The notes: a model not told the origin generated them from the letters alone. DNA of 64,000 nt from Flavipsychrobacter sp. (GCA_035497455.1 DATJDL010000014.1:42700-106699); one strand, 5' to 3'. Positions 19,295-29,803 are shown, counted from the first letter of the stretch. A program made the numbers and translations.

Positions 19295-19302
19295 CAAAAG
19301 TA
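19295..19302 (-). promoter_or_regulatory. -7 promoter box for the phosphohexomutase gene
   Basis: TACTTTTG on the minus strand, 25 nt upstream of ATG 19269. Confidence 0.55.
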
Positions 19303-19330
19303 ATAAACCTTTTCATGCGCTGCTGTTATT

Positions 19331-19338
19331 TAATTTTG
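19331..19338 (+). promoter_or_regulatory. -7 promoter box about 200 nt upstream of the aldehyde dehydrogenase gene
   Basis: TAATTTTG, 13 nt upstream of the ATG at 19352 (small ORF). No other exact box lies closer to ATG 19537. Confidence 0.45.
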
Positions 19339-19536
19339 ACCAGTGAATTTTATGCCTTTTGCAAGGTCGTTGCTATTAAGCATCTGTTGTATCGCATTCC
19401 TGTACATTCTTTTTTCTGTTCAGCGGCTTCGCACAAAGAGAACAATAAATAACATGAACGAAAGATTCCACCTTAACCGCTTCATTATTGAATCATCAAC
19501 CTGTTTTCAAACTTCAATTCTAATCACCAAAACCAC

Positions 19537-20907
19537 ATGAATAAGATAGCTTCCATTAATCCGGTCAACGGGAAACTGATAAAAGAATACATCATCATAG
19601 ATGCCATCAAGGCGGCAAAAGCAGCAGAAAAGGCCCACCAATGTTTTGAAGAGTGGCGCAAAAAATCGTTTCCTGAAAGAGGGGCTGTTTTAAAGAATAT
19701 AGCGGCCCAACTTCGCAAAAATCAAAAGGCGCTTGCTACACTTGCTACAACCGAAATGGGAAAGCCGATTTCACAAAGCATGGCGGAAGTAGAGAAATGT
19801 GCCATGACGCTGGAATTTTACGCAAAGAACGGATCCCGGTTTTTGAAAGATCAGGTAGTGGATACCGATGCAAAAAAAAGCTATGTAAGTTACCAGCCAC
19901 TCGGTGTGGTACTCGCGATCATGCCCTGGAATTTCCCGTATTGGCAGGTATTCCGGGCTATGGGTCCGATACTCATGGCAGGCAATACGCTATTGCTGAA
20001 ACATGCCTCCAATGTATCAGGCTGTGCTTTGGCTATCGAGAAGATATTGAAAGATGCAGGCACACCAAAAGGATTATTTCAAACGTTATTGCTTCCTTCC
20101 AAAGATATTAAAGAACTGATCGCCCACCCGGCTATATCAGCTATCACGCTCACGGGCAGCACAGCAGCCGGTAAAGATGTAGCAAGCGCAGCGGCATCTC
20201 ACATTAAAAAGCAAGTATTGGAGCTCGGTGGAAGTGATGCTTATATCATCCTCAAAGACGCAGACATGAAACTCGCCGTAAGAACCTGCGTAGATGGTCG
20301 ACTGGTGAATAGCGGACAAAGTTGTGTGGCTGCGAAGCGATTTGTAGTGGAAAAAGCAGTGCTTCAACAATTTGAAGACGGTATGCTGGCAGCGTTTACC
20401 GACGCGAGGTTCGGCGATCCTTTCAATGATGCTAATAAAATAGGTCCTATGGCGCGCGTGGATCTGCGGGATGAACTGCACCAACAGGTTGTAAAAAGTA
20501 TAGAGAAAGGGGCGAAGCTTTTATGCGGCGGCTTTATTCCCGAAGGAGAAGGAGCTTTTTATCCCCCTACTATTCTTACCGGCGTAAAAAAGGGAATGCC
20601 TGCTTATGATGAAGAGCTTTTCGGACCCGTAGCAGCCATCATGGAGGCCAAAGATGAAGCTCATGCCATCCGCATAGCCAATGACAGTATCTATGGATTG
20701 GGAGCAGGCATCTTCTCCAAAAACAGGAAGCGTGCGGAGGAAATAGCCGCCAAGGAATTACAGGCAGGTAGTTGCTTCGTCAATGCATTTGTTCATTCTG
20801 ATCCCAGGTTACCTTTTGGGGGTATTAAGGAAAGCGGCTACGGACGGGAGCTGAGCGAGTTTGGCATCCGCGAGTTCGTGAATGTAAAAACGGTGTTTAT
20901 AAACTAG
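19537..20907 (+). CDS. NAD(P)-dependent aldehyde dehydrogenase (succinate-semialdehyde dehydrogenase-like)
   Basis: 456 aa; catalytic ELGGSD and SGQSCVAAKRF; PWNFP motif. Confidence 0.9.
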   Translation: MNKIASINPVNGKLIKEYIIIDAIKAAKAAEKAHQCFEEWRKKSFPERGAVLKNIAAQLRKNQKALATLATTEMGKPISQSMAEVEKCAMTLEFYAKNGSRFLKDQVVDTDAKKSYVSYQPLGVVLAIMPWNFPYWQVFRAMGPILMAGNTLLLKHASNVSGCALAIEKILKDAGTPKGLFQTLLLPSKDIKELIAHPAISAITLTGSTAAGKDVASAAASHIKKQVLELGGSDAYIILKDADMKLAVRTCVDGRLVNSGQSCVAAKRFVVEKAVLQQFEDGMLAAFTDARFGDPFNDANKIGPMARVDLRDELHQQVVKSIEKGAKLLCGGFIPEGEGAFYPPTILTGVKKGMPAYDEELFGPVAAIMEAKDEAHAIRIANDSIYGLGAGIFSKNRKRAEEIAAKELQAGSCFVNAFVHSDPRLPFGGIKESGYGRELSEFGIREFVNVKTVFIN

Positions 20908-21030
20908 GAATAACATAATTCTGGCTTTGGCAGCGAGGGTAATATCGGAGATAAATGTTCACCGACAATATTCCACGCCGGACACAATTAAAATCCGGAA
21001 TCTGCTGAAGTAATACGAACCGGCAAACAG

Positions 21031-22488
21031 TTAATGTAAAAGTGATTTTTCTCTATCAGACAGCTGTTTGCTTTTTCTATCCAGTATGATCAGCACGGCC
21101 AGCGACAAATAGAATAAGGCGCCGACTTTATGTGTCTCTATCAGCTCTGAAAAGAAGTTATTGACAAAACCTGCTGCAAACACCATGATGACACCCATTG
21201 TTACTTTTTTATAGAATGGGTCCCGAAAGCGGTAGTAAATGCGTTGCGCCTGCACGAATACCACCATCACCAGCACGCCGTATAGCAGCATTGCCGGCAC
21301 ACCTTGCCCCACCAGCATAAACAGGTAGTAGTTGTGCGTGGTAGACTTCTCTTCGTTACGGCTTACATAAGTGCGGAACATTGGCAGCGCATACGGCTTG
21401 TAGTAATAATAAAAAGAATTCGGTCCATAGCCGGTAATCGGTCTGTCCTGGCTCATCCTTATTGCAGCAATCCACCGGTGGATACGCTCCATGGAAGACA
21501 TATCTGTACCTCTGAACGTAGCAACAATATGATCGGCAAAATCCCGGTGCATGTAGGTCTTCTCATAATTTGGCCGGAACGCGATGTATTTATTGTTGTT
21601 CACCATGAATACAAGCAACGCTATCAATGCCGCATAAAAAACAGGCATGATGAAGCCAGCCAGGCGCATTCTGATGGCGATGTTGACAGCAAAGGCAAAA
21701 ATAACAGCCAGCATGGCCGCTCTTGCATACGTAAGATAGATAGCAGGCAAGAAAAATATTACGCAGAAAAGCAGCGTCAGCTTTAACAGCGGTCGGCGCT
21801 TATCCACCAGCAGCCAGGCAATATACACCAGCGGGAAAAACATGGAAATGACCGTAGAATATTCTACGTGATTGTAATACAACGGCTTTATCGCAAATTC
21901 CACGGATTCAAAATCCAAGCCTGCAATAGCATGACGGGCTACAATGATAAACATACTGATGATCATTGGCACCAGTAGTAACTTAAACGCCATCACCAGG
22001 TCTTTCTTATCCCGAAAAGCCACTATTGGCAACAGGAAAAATGAGGCAAGAAACCAGCTTTTCGCTACGATGAATTTGAAAGAGATCAGTTTCTCTTCGG
22101 AAAAAATGAAAGGGATAAAAAGCCAAACAAACTGTAGGACTACGATCAATACGATCGGATTTCGCCACCACCATTCAGGTAGTACTTTGGGGTTGCTGGC
22201 ATACAGTACCAGGAAGACCATCAGGAACAATCCCATTAAGGGCTCATCCGGAAGTGTTGTAGAAACCGGACCCAGGTCCAGGAAAATGGACACCGGTAAG
22301 CTCGCTATCAGTATCCAGTAAATAAACTTCCAGTTAAGAATAGTAGCCAGCACCAGCAGGAAACCGAACGGAAGTACTAAAAAAAAAGCCGTTTCACTCA
22401 AAGCATAGGCAACGAAGCACAATGCCAGCATGAGCAATGCACCGGTCTGATACCATTTATCTTTTATGCCGAATGATGAAGGAAACAT
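21031..22488 (-). CDS. O-antigen ligase/polymerase family membrane protein
   Basis: 485 aa, about 10-12 hydrophobic helices with a central loop, typical Wzy_C-like architecture. Starts 1 nt after the Wzz-like gene stop. Confidence 0.7.
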   Translation of the reverse strand: MFPSSFGIKDKWYQTGALLMLALCFVAYALSETAFFLVLPFGFLLVLATILNWKFIYWILIASLPVSIFLDLGPVSTTLPDEPLMGLFLMVFLVLYASNPKVLPEWWWRNPIVLIVVLQFVWLFIPFIFSEEKLISFKFIVAKSWFLASFFLLPIVAFRDKKDLVMAFKLLLVPMIISMFIIVARHAIAGLDFESVEFAIKPLYYNHVEYSTVISMFFPLVYIAWLLVDKRRPLLKLTLLFCVIFFLPAIYLTYARAAMLAVIFAFAVNIAIRMRLAGFIMPVFYAALIALLVFMVNNNKYIAFRPNYEKTYMHRDFADHIVATFRGTDMSSMERIHRWIAAIRMSQDRPITGYGPNSFYYYYKPYALPMFRTYVSRNEEKSTTHNYYLFMLVGQGVPAMLLYGVLVMVVFVQAQRIYYRFRDPFYKKVTMGVIMVFAAGFVNNFFSELIETHKVGALFYLSLAVLIILDRKSKQLSDREKSLLH

Positions 22489-22489
22489 A

Positions 22490-23467
22490 TTATCTGTTAG
22501 CGCTCAATGCCTTGTAGTAACTTGCGAGTAAGGACCAAATGACACTGAAAAAAAAGCCGATTAAGGCAAAAGCCACTACTGTGAGAAGACCACCCAGTCC
22601 TTTTTGCTTCGCTTCTTCGGCATTCGCAGGACTTATTACGCGCAATAAACCTTTTTTATTGATGGCCATACCTGTTTTAAATTCATTGAGCAGCGACATA
22701 TTTTGCGCCCGGTCCTTTACCAACTGATCCTTCATGGCTTCGATATTCTGGATCTGTTCTATCGCTTTACCGAAGTCACCGGTTCCTCTTTTTTGAATAG
22801 ATCCATTGATAATGGTTTGACGCGTAGGACTTAGAATGTCATAGATACCGAATTGGTTGCGAAGAATCGCCAATGAATCCGTCAAGGCTGAAATGCTGCT
22901 ATCTGCCTGCCTGCTCTGGTTTTCAAGCTCTACCACTACGTTACTGTTCAACTCCGTATAAAACTCCTGGAACATGTTACCGGTTATCTGGATAGCGTCG
23001 TTTACGATGGCAGTAGCCAGGTTCCGGTCTTTGTAGGAATAAGAAAACTCCATCCCCTGGAATTCAGTGCGCCTCAGGTTCAAATTGTCTTTTACGATGT
23101 TCAGTAATTTTTTCTTGTTCTTGATCTTCGTTGTATCTATTTCGTAGATCTCGGCAAGATGGTGGTTGGCGATAAGTTTTTTAATGGATTGTTCAGAGGT
23201 AGCGATTGCCATCACTTTATCGATATCATCTTCATCACCGAAATAATCCAGATACGCTGCATTCGTGTTTCTGAATATATTTCCCCTGTCGGTATAGATG
23301 GGGTTGGCTACGAACACGCTCGATTTAGCCTCGTACTCTTTAGGTAAGAGGAGGTACAGCAAAGCACCGAAAATTGCTGCGCATACGGTTACTATCAGGA
23401 TGAACCTCCTGCGTGCTGCGAGGGTTTGAACGATCTCTACCAGATCAAAACGGGGTGTTGTATCCAT
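22490..23467 (-). CDS. Wzz-like polysaccharide chain-length determinant protein (no kinase domain)
   Basis: N-terminal DLVEIVQTLAARRRFILIVTVCAAIFGALLYLLLPKEYEAKSSVFV (Wzz motif with TM1), coiled-coil periplasmic region, C-terminal TM LLTVVAFALIGFFFSVIW. Confidence 0.75.
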   Translation of the reverse strand: MDTTPRFDLVEIVQTLAARRRFILIVTVCAAIFGALLYLLLPKEYEAKSSVFVANPIYTDRGNIFRNTNAAYLDYFGDEDDIDKVMAIATSEQSIKKLIANHHLAEIYEIDTTKIKNKKKLLNIVKDNLNLRRTEFQGMEFSYSYKDRNLATAIVNDAIQITGNMFQEFYTELNSNVVVELENQSRQADSSISALTDSLAILRNQFGIYDILSPTRQTIINGSIQKRGTGDFGKAIEQIQNIEAMKDQLVKDRAQNMSLLNEFKTGMAINKKGLLRVISPANAEEAKQKGLGGLLTVVAFALIGFFFSVIWSLLASYYKALSANR

Positions 23468-23506
23468 TGATTTTTAATAAAAATAGTTTCGAAAATTATA
23501 AGTTGA

Positions 23507-23545
23507 TTTCATGATGGTCGCGCCGAAGGCGCGACCATCATGAAA
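23507..23545 (-). terminator. Very strong hairpin between prfA and the Wzz-like gene
   Basis: Perfect 18-bp inverted repeat tttcatgatggtcgcgcc (23507-23524) / ggcgcgaccatcatgaaa (23528-23545), GC-rich core, 7 nt after the prfA stop. Confidence 0.65.
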
Positions 23546-23552
23546 TCTTTTT

Positions 23553-24629
23553 CTAAATCACGGTCTCTCCTGCCTGCATCTTTTCTGCATTCTCTGCAAA
23601 CTGTAACGCTTCGATCATGTCATTGATATTGCCGTTCATAAAATCGTCCAGATTATAGATGGTCATATTAATGCGATGATCTGTCACCCGTCCCTGGGGA
23701 TAGTTATACGTTCTGATTTTAGCCGAACGATCTCCGGTACTTACCAAGCTTTTACGACGATGCGCTATCTCTTCTTCATGCTTACGTACCTGTTCTTCAT
23801 AGAGTTTCGTACGCATCATTTGCGTTGCTTTTTCACGGTTTCCCAGCTGTGTACGCTCCGTCTGACAAGTGATCACGGTGCCGGTCGGCACGTGTGTTAA
23901 GATCACTTTGGTTTCCACCTTGTTCACATTCTGCCCACCCGCGCCACCGCTTCGGGCTGTTTCCATTTTCAAATCACTTTCCTTCAGCTCAAAATCTATT
24001 TCATCTGCCTCCGGCATGACGGCTACAGTAGCTGCAGAAGTATGCACCCGCCCACTCGCCTCTGTCGCCGGCACACGTTGAACACGGTGTACACCGCTTT
24101 CGAACTTTAATGTGCCATACGCATCCTCTCCCTGCACTTCCAGCTGTATCTCTTTATAGCCACCGACGGTGCCTTCTGTCTCCGAAAGCACTGCTATACG
24201 CCATCCTTTACGCTCACAATACCGCATATACATACGCAGCAAATCACCGGCAAATAAACTCGCTTCATCTCCACCTGTACCGGCACGAACTTCTATGATC
24301 GCATTTTTCTCATCTTCCGCTTCTTTGGGTATCAATAATTGGCGAATTTCATCTTCCAATTCCGTTCTTTGCACTTCCAGCTTTTCGAGATCCTCTTTCG
24401 CCATATCGCGCAGCTCTTCATCGCTCTCGGTTTGCAATACCTCCTTTCCAAATTCAATATTGTCCAGGCAGGTGCGATACTTCTTATAGCTGTTAACTAT
24501 CGGCTCCAGTTTTTTGTATTCCTTGCTAACGGTAGAAAACCGCTTGTTATCACTTACCACTTCAGGATTGGTCAATGCAATTTCCAGATCGTTGTATCTT
24601 GCTTTTATGACTTCCAGTTTGTCAATCAT
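23553..24629 (-). CDS. prfA: Peptide chain release factor 1
   Basis: 358 aa; GGQ motif ([15 protein letters not shown]) and the RF1-specific P-A-T tripeptide (RVPATE). Confidence 0.97.
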   Translation of the reverse strand: MIDKLEVIKARYNDLEIALTNPEVVSDNKRFSTVSKEYKKLEPIVNSYKKYRTCLDNIEFGKEVLQTESDEELRDMAKEDLEKLEVQRTELEDEIRQLLIPKEAEDEKNAIIEVRAGTGGDEASLFAGDLLRMYMRYCERKGWRIAVLSETEGTVGGYKEIQLEVQGEDAYGTLKFESGVHRVQRVPATEASGRVHTSAATVAVMPEADEIDFELKESDLKMETARSGGAGGQNVNKVETKVILTHVPTGTVITCQTERTQLGNREKATQMMRTKLYEEQVRKHEEEIAHRRKSLVSTGDRSAKIRTYNYPQGRVTDHRINMTIYNLDDFMNGNINDMIEALQFAENAEKMQAGETVI

Positions 24630-24639
24630 ATATTAAATT

Positions 24640-24647
24640 CAAAAATA
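24640..24647 (-). promoter_or_regulatory. -7 promoter box for prfA
   Basis: TATTTTTG on the minus strand, 10 nt upstream of ATG 24629. Confidence 0.5.
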
Positions 24648-24826
24648 AAAATTTAAAAATAGAAGATAAGGTATATTGAGTGTACAAGTCCATTAACTCA
24701 AAGAGGCATGCAGTAAATGAATAATAATCATCTAGCTGACGATGCAGTATATTTCCGGAGCTATCGTTGTTCCTGACACAAAAATAAACTGCATAATAGA
24801 CTTGTTGTCATTCTCCGTTCCTATCT

Positions 24827-24868
24827 AAAAAATAAACCGTTAACCCTTTTCTCGAGGACTAACGGTTT
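24827..24868 (-). terminator. Rho-independent terminator after infB
   Basis: Stem aaaccgtta (24834-24842) / taacggttt (24860-24868), followed on the minus strand by ATTTTTT. Confidence 0.6.
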
Positions 24869-24886
24869 AATATTATCGTCATTTTG

Positions 24887-27800
24887 CTACAAAGTACGCT
24901 TCACTGCCACTTCTTCATATGCTTCTATGATATCGCCTTCACGCACATCGTTGTAATTTTTCACGGACATACCACATTCATAGCCTGCAGCTACTTCTTT
25001 CATATCATCTTTAAAACGTTTCAGAGAAGCCAATTCACCATTGTACACTACAATACCGTCGCGAACGAGATTGATCTTCGAATTGCGTGCGATTTTTCCA
25101 TCCAGTACGTAACAACCTGCAATTGTTCCTACGCCGCTGATCTTATATACTTCACGAACTTCAACATTGGCGACTGTCTTGCGTTCCACTTTCGGTTCCA
25201 ACAATCCTTCCATCGCACTCTTGATTTCTTCGATGGCGTCGTAAATGATAGAGTAAGTACGGATCTCGATATTTTCATTTTCTGCGAGTTTCCCTGCCTG
25301 CGACGACGGTCGTACCTGGAAGCCAATAATGATGGCGTCTGATGCAGTTGCCAACAAGACATCTGATTCGGTAATCTGCCCCACGCCTTTGTGTACCACG
25401 TTCACAGCCACTTCTTCGGTAGATAATTTTTGCAGAGAGTCACTCAACGCTTCTACTGAACCGTCGAAGTCACCTTTGATGATCACAGAAAGCTCTTTAA
25501 AGTTGCCCAATGCAAGACGACGGCCGATCTCATCCAATGTAATGTGCTTGCGGGTACGGATACCTTGTTCCCGTAATATCTGCGAACGATGTGTTGCCAC
25601 TTGTTTGGCTTCGTTTTCGTCTTCGAACACTTTTAGTTTTTCACCTGCCTGCGGCGCACCGTTCAGTCCTAATATTTGTACCGGTGCAGATGGCCCTGCT
25701 TTGGTCACGCGCTGGCTACGTTCATTGAACATCGCTTTTACCTTACCATAATATTGCCCGCACACTACCATATCTCCTTGTTGCAAGGTACCATTCTGTA
25801 TCAAAATGGTAGCCTGGAAGCCACGTCCCTTATCCAAAGACGCTTCGATTACAGAACCGACAGCCCCACGATCGGGATTAGCTTTAAGGTCTAACAATTC
25901 TGCTTCCAGCAATATTTTTTCCAGCAGTTGATCTACATGAAGTCCTTTTTTAGCAGATATTTCCTGGCTTTGGAATTTTCCACCCCAGTCTTCCACCAAT
26001 ATATTTTGTTGAGCAAGCTGTTCTTTTATTTTTTCGGGGTTGGAGCCTTCTTTGTCTATTTTATTGATAGCAAAGATCATCGGTAATTGGGCTGCCTGAG
26101 CATGCGAGATCGCCTCTTTTGTTTGCGGCATGATGGCATCATCAGCCGCGATGACGATAACAGCTATATCAGCAGCTTTTGCACCACGGGCACGCATGGC
26201 GGTAAACGCTTCGTGACCGGGTGTATCTAAAAAGGTGATCTTCTTATTGTCAGCTGTAGTTACCTGGTAAGCACCAATGTGTTGGGTAATGCCTCCGGCT
26301 TCTCCCGCTACCACATTCGCACTGCGTATGTAATCCAGTAAGGAAGTTTTACCATGATCTACGTGACCCATGATGGTAACGATCGGTGCTCTTGGCTCCA
26401 GATCTTCCACATCATCTACATCGTCTTCGTCTTCACTATCGGCTTCTTGTTCCAGGTTGATAAACTCGACCTCGTACCCAAATTCTTCGGCCACCAGTTC
26501 TATCACTTCCGCATCTAAACGCTGATTGATAGACACCATGATGCCCAAGCCCATACACTTGCTGATCACATCGGCAAAACTTACATCCAGCAAACTGGCT
26601 AATTCGCTCACAGAAATAAATTCTGTAACCTGTATTTTCCGATCACCTAAACCGCTTTCCTCTGCTGCACGCTTTTCAGCCATCTCCTCGCGTTTGGTGC
26701 GGCGATATTTCGACTTCTGGTTTTTATTTCTTCCACCTCCGCCACCGGCAAGTTTTGCCTGTGTCTGGCGGATCTTATCTTGTATAGCTTTTTGGTCGAT
26801 TTCCTGCTGCTGCGGAGTTTGTGGCACGCCTCTGCGGTCACCGCCGCCCGGTCTGTTGCGGTCGAAACCACCGCGTCTGTCACCGCTTCCGCCTTGCCCG
26901 CCGGGTCTGAAATCACGCTGCCCGCTACCAGGATGCGGTCCGCCCGGGCCTGTACGGCGGTCTCCCAGCCCCTGTCCGGGCTGTGTTTGACCAGGTTTGA
27001 AGCTTTCAGGCTTTTTCGCTACCGGGATGCGCTTACGGTTTCTTTTCTCTCTACTGTCATTACGTGAAGGAGATGATACCGGCAGTTCGATTTTACCTAA
27101 TATTTTAGGGCCTTCCAATTTAGGAGCCTTCATCTCTATATGCTCTTTCTTCTCTTCTTCCGGTTTTGCCTCCGGTATTTCGGGAGCGGGGGCAGAAGGA
27201 GGGGAAGGCATTTCCGGTTTGGGATCAGATTTTGGAACTTCTTTTACCTCTTCCTCAATTTTCTCTTCTTTATTAGCAGTTACCTTTTCTTCTTCAGGAG
27301 TCTCGGCTATTTTTTCTTCTTTCTTCGTAGTAGTTTTCTTTGCAGCACCTTTTTTAGGACGTGTGCTCAGATTCATTTCATCCAAGTTGATCTTGTTGAG
27401 AATCTTAGGTCCTTCTAATTTAGGAGATTTTACCTCTATATGGCTGTTTTCATCTTCCGGCGCTCCTTCGTCGGTTTCTATAGGAGCTTCTACTTTCGGT
27501 TTTTCCTGAACCGGGGGTGCAGGTTCCGGTTGGGGCTCTTCTTTCACTTCCACTACAGGCGGCTCTTCTTTTACGGGAGGAGCCTCTACAACAGGTATCT
27601 CTTTCTTCGGTTCTTCCTTTTTCGGCTCCTCTTTTTTGGGCTCTTCTTTCTTGATCTCTTCCTTTTTCGGTTCTTCTTTCAGCCTCAGATCTTGCACGCT
27701 ACCCCCCCGTGGCAAATCTATTGCCTCGCTTTTGCGTTTGGCCGCTTTGTCTTGTGCAAACTCGCCTGCCAGCGCATCATACATCTCTTCCGTGATCTTC

Positions 27801-27925
27801 GTATTCGGATTACTTGCATTTATATCAAAGCCTTTACCGGTAAGGAACTCCACAAGGGTATCCTTACCGATATTAAACTCTTTTGCCGCAGCAAGTAATC
27901 TTGGTGTTTTATTTACTATTGCCAT
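24887..27925 (-). CDS. infB: Translation initiation factor IF-2
   Basis: 1012 aa; G domain [24 protein letters not shown]; conserved C-terminal domains; long low-complexity N-terminal region. Confidence 0.97.
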   Translation of the reverse strand: MAIVNKTPRLLAAAKEFNIGKDTLVEFLTGKGFDINASNPNTKITEEMYDALAGEFAQDKAAKRKSEAIDLPRGGSVQDLRLKEEPKKEEIKKEEPKKEEPKKEEPKKEIPVVEAPPVKEEPPVVEVKEEPQPEPAPPVQEKPKVEAPIETDEGAPEDENSHIEVKSPKLEGPKILNKINLDEMNLSTRPKKGAAKKTTTKKEEKIAETPEEEKVTANKEEKIEEEVKEVPKSDPKPEMPSPPSAPAPEIPEAKPEEEKKEHIEMKAPKLEGPKILGKIELPVSSPSRNDSREKRNRKRIPVAKKPESFKPGQTQPGQGLGDRRTGPGGPHPGSGQRDFRPGGQGGSGDRRGGFDRNRPGGGDRRGVPQTPQQQEIDQKAIQDKIRQTQAKLAGGGGGRNKNQKSKYRRTKREEMAEKRAAEESGLGDRKIQVTEFISVSELASLLDVSFADVISKCMGLGIMVSINQRLDAEVIELVAEEFGYEVEFINLEQEADSEDEDDVDDVEDLEPRAPIVTIMGHVDHGKTSLLDYIRSANVVAGEAGGITQHIGAYQVTTADNKKITFLDTPGHEAFTAMRARGAKAADIAVIVIAADDAIMPQTKEAISHAQAAQLPMIFAINKIDKEGSNPEKIKEQLAQQNILVEDWGGKFQSQEISAKKGLHVDQLLEKILLEAELLDLKANPDRGAVGSVIEASLDKGRGFQATILIQNGTLQQGDMVVCGQYYGKVKAMFNERSQRVTKAGPSAPVQILGLNGAPQAGEKLKVFEDENEAKQVATHRSQILREQGIRTRKHITLDEIGRRLALGNFKELSVIIKGDFDGSVEALSDSLQKLSTEEVAVNVVHKGVGQITESDVLLATASDAIIIGFQVRPSSQAGKLAENENIEIRTYSIIYDAIEEIKSAMEGLLEPKVERKTVANVEVREVYKISGVGTIAGCYVLDGKIARNSKINLVRDGIVVYNGELASLKRFKDDMKEVAAGYECGMSVKNYNDVREGDIIEAYEEVAVKRTL
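27096..27142 (-). repeat. Copy A of an intragenic ~45-nt duplication in infB
   Basis: cctaatattttagggccttccaatttaggagccttcatctctatatg encodes [18 protein letters not shown]. It is paired with the copy at 27396-27440. Confidence 0.7.
27396..27440 (-). repeat. Copy B of an intragenic ~45-nt duplication in infB
   Basis: gagaatcttaggtccttctaatttaggagattttacctctatatg encodes [18 protein letters not shown]. Confidence 0.7.
27606..27680 (-). repeat. Five imperfect tandem 15-nt units inside infB encoding (KKEEP)n
   Basis: Plus-strand units are ttcggttcttccttt / ttcggctcctctttt / ttgggctcttctttc / ttgatctcttccttt / ttcggttcttctttc. The protein reads [27 protein letters not shown]. Confidence 0.8.
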
Positions 27926-28040
27926 TCTACTTTTTAATCAGTCAGGTTGTTCCTGTTTGAGAGGGTTGTATTGATAAAACATACAAACCTACACATTTTG
28001 CTTTAATAAAGCATTTTAAGTTATTTATCACTATTGCATC

Positions 28041-29294
28041 TTAACCCTTTTCACTTTGGAATTCGGCCTTAAGAATGCGCTGCACTTCTTTCGCTGTTTC
28101 TTCTTCCAGATCTGTACGACGAACCAATTCTTCTACAGAGAGATCTAATACGCTTAACGCAGTATCGCAGCCGATCTTTTTAAGTTCATCGATTACCCAG
28201 CTGTCAATTTCATCTGCAAATTCATCCAAATCAATATCGTAATCCATTTCTTCTTCCTGCACATCGCGATACACGTCAATACTAAAGCCTGTGAGTTCCT
28301 GAGCCAGCTTAATGTTCACCCCTTTCTTACCAATTGCCAATGAAACCTGATCAGGATCTAAATACACATCCGCTTTCTTGTCTTCGTGATCCAGTTCCAT
28401 CCTGTTGATCTTAGACGGAGTCAATGAACGCTGTATTAACAATTGCTGATTATTGGTGAAGTTTATAATATCAATATTTTCATTTCTCAATTCACGCACA
28501 ATTCCGTGGATACGGCTTCCTTTCATACCCACACATGCACCCACCGGATCGATGCGGTCATCATAGCTTTCTACGGCCACTTTCGCTCTTTCTCCCGGCT
28601 CACGCACTATTTTCTTAACAACTATCAGGCCATCCATTATCTCCGGCACTTCTATTTCCAGTAGTTTTTCCAGGAAGGAAGAATGTGTACGGCTTAAAAT
28701 AATCACCGGCGTATTGTTTCTCATTTCCACTTTTTTCACCACAGCACGAACGCCTTCTCCTTTTTTGAAAAAATCTGTAGGGATCTGTTCTGATTTTGGC
28801 AGAATCAACTCATTACCTTCATCGTCCAGCAACAGTATTTCTTTTTTCCATATCTGATATACCTCTCCGCTGATAATTTCACCGATGCGGTCTGCATATT
28901 TATCCAATAAGTTCTTCTTCTTCAGATCGCCGATACGGGATGCAAGGGTTTGTTTGGCTGCCAATACAGCTCTGCGACCAAAATCAATTACATTCACCTC
29001 CTCATACACCTCTTCACCTACATTATAATCCGGTTCTATTTTAATGGCTTCAGAATATTCGATCTCCAGGTTATCGTCTTCAGAGAAGCCGTCTTCCACA
29101 ATAATACGGCGACGGAAAATTTCAAGGTCACCCGTTTGGTCGTTCACAATTACGTCAAAGTTCTCATCCGTACCGTATTTCTTACGTAGCAGCGTTTTGA
29201 ACACATCCTCTATCACTTTCATCAGGGTGGGGCGGTCTATATTTTCCGCGTCTTTAAACTCCTGAAATGAGTCAATTAAATTGATACTAGCCAT
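28041..29294 (-). CDS. nusA: Transcription termination/antitermination factor NusA
   Basis: 417 aa; S1 and tandem KH regions (DPVGACVGMKGSRIHGIVREL, AIGKKGVNIKLA). Confidence 0.97.
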   Translation of the reverse strand: MASINLIDSFQEFKDAENIDRPTLMKVIEDVFKTLLRKKYGTDENFDVIVNDQTGDLEIFRRRIIVEDGFSEDDNLEIEYSEAIKIEPDYNVGEEVYEEVNVIDFGRRAVLAAKQTLASRIGDLKKKNLLDKYADRIGEIISGEVYQIWKKEILLLDDEGNELILPKSEQIPTDFFKKGEGVRAVVKKVEMRNNTPVIILSRTHSSFLEKLLEIEVPEIMDGLIVVKKIVREPGERAKVAVESYDDRIDPVGACVGMKGSRIHGIVRELRNENIDIINFTNNQQLLIQRSLTPSKINRMELDHEDKKADVYLDPDQVSLAIGKKGVNIKLAQELTGFSIDVYRDVQEEEMDYDIDLDEFADEIDSWVIDELKKIGCDTALSVLDLSVEELVRRTDLEEETAKEVQRILKAEFQSEKG

Positions 29295-29309
29295 GATTTT
29301 TACACATTT

Positions 29310-29768
29310 TTAAAAAACGATTTGTACTGTTATTGTTTTTATGGATGAAAAAGGTATCACTACCGTTTCCGTCTCTTTCTTTTTAGGAATTTTTGTTTCC
29401 AGTAAAAGGCTGTCTTCCATTACTTCTTTCATAACACCTGTCTTTTCCGGTGTTTCATCTGTAAACAGGATTGCCACTGTGCGACCTATATTCTTTTTAT
29501 ATTGTCTTACCGATGCTAATGGTTCATCTACTCCCGGGCTGGATACCTCCAGTGAAAAATCACCATCCGGGAATAGTTGCTTTTCTTCGATCGCGGTATA
29601 GAGCTTACGATTGATCTGAGCGCTTTTGCTGATGGATAAGCCCCCATCGGCATCCAAAAATAGTTTAATGTTATTGGTGGGCTTCACTTTAATGCTCACC
29701 ACAAACATATCTGTACCTTCCAGCATTGGCTCCACCATTTGCTTCACTTGCGCTATTATGTCCGTCAT
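29310..29768 (-). CDS. rimP: Ribosome maturation factor RimP
   Basis: 152 aa; EVSSPGVDEPL motif; lies immediately upstream of nusA. Confidence 0.9.
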   Translation of the reverse strand: MTDIIAQVKQMVEPMLEGTDMFVVSIKVKPTNNIKLFLDADGGLSISKSAQINRKLYTAIEEKQLFPDGDFSLEVSSPGVDEPLASVRQYKKNIGRTVAILFTDETPEKTGVMKEVMEDSLLLETKIPKKKETETVVIPFSSIKTITVQIVF

Positions 29769-29772
29769 AGGT

Positions 29773-29803
29773 AAAAAACAAGGGGCACTTTGCAGGGCCC
29801 CTT
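29773..29803 (-). promoter_or_regulatory. Terminator-like hairpin plus U-run inside the rimP-nusA-infB leader (candidate attenuator)
   Basis: Minus strand reads AAGGGGC-CCTGCAAAGT-GCCCCTT-G-TTTTTT-ACCT-ATG(rimP). A TACTTTTG promoter box lies 20 nt upstream of the hairpin. Confidence 0.55.

Noticed and set aside
26526-27974. A cluster of plus-strand ORFs (26526-26990, 26997-27509, 27440-27898, 27636-27974) with S/F/L-rich products.
   Set aside because: They are antisense to the repetitive, low-complexity N-terminal region of infB. The open frames are a by-product of the K/E/P codon repeats.
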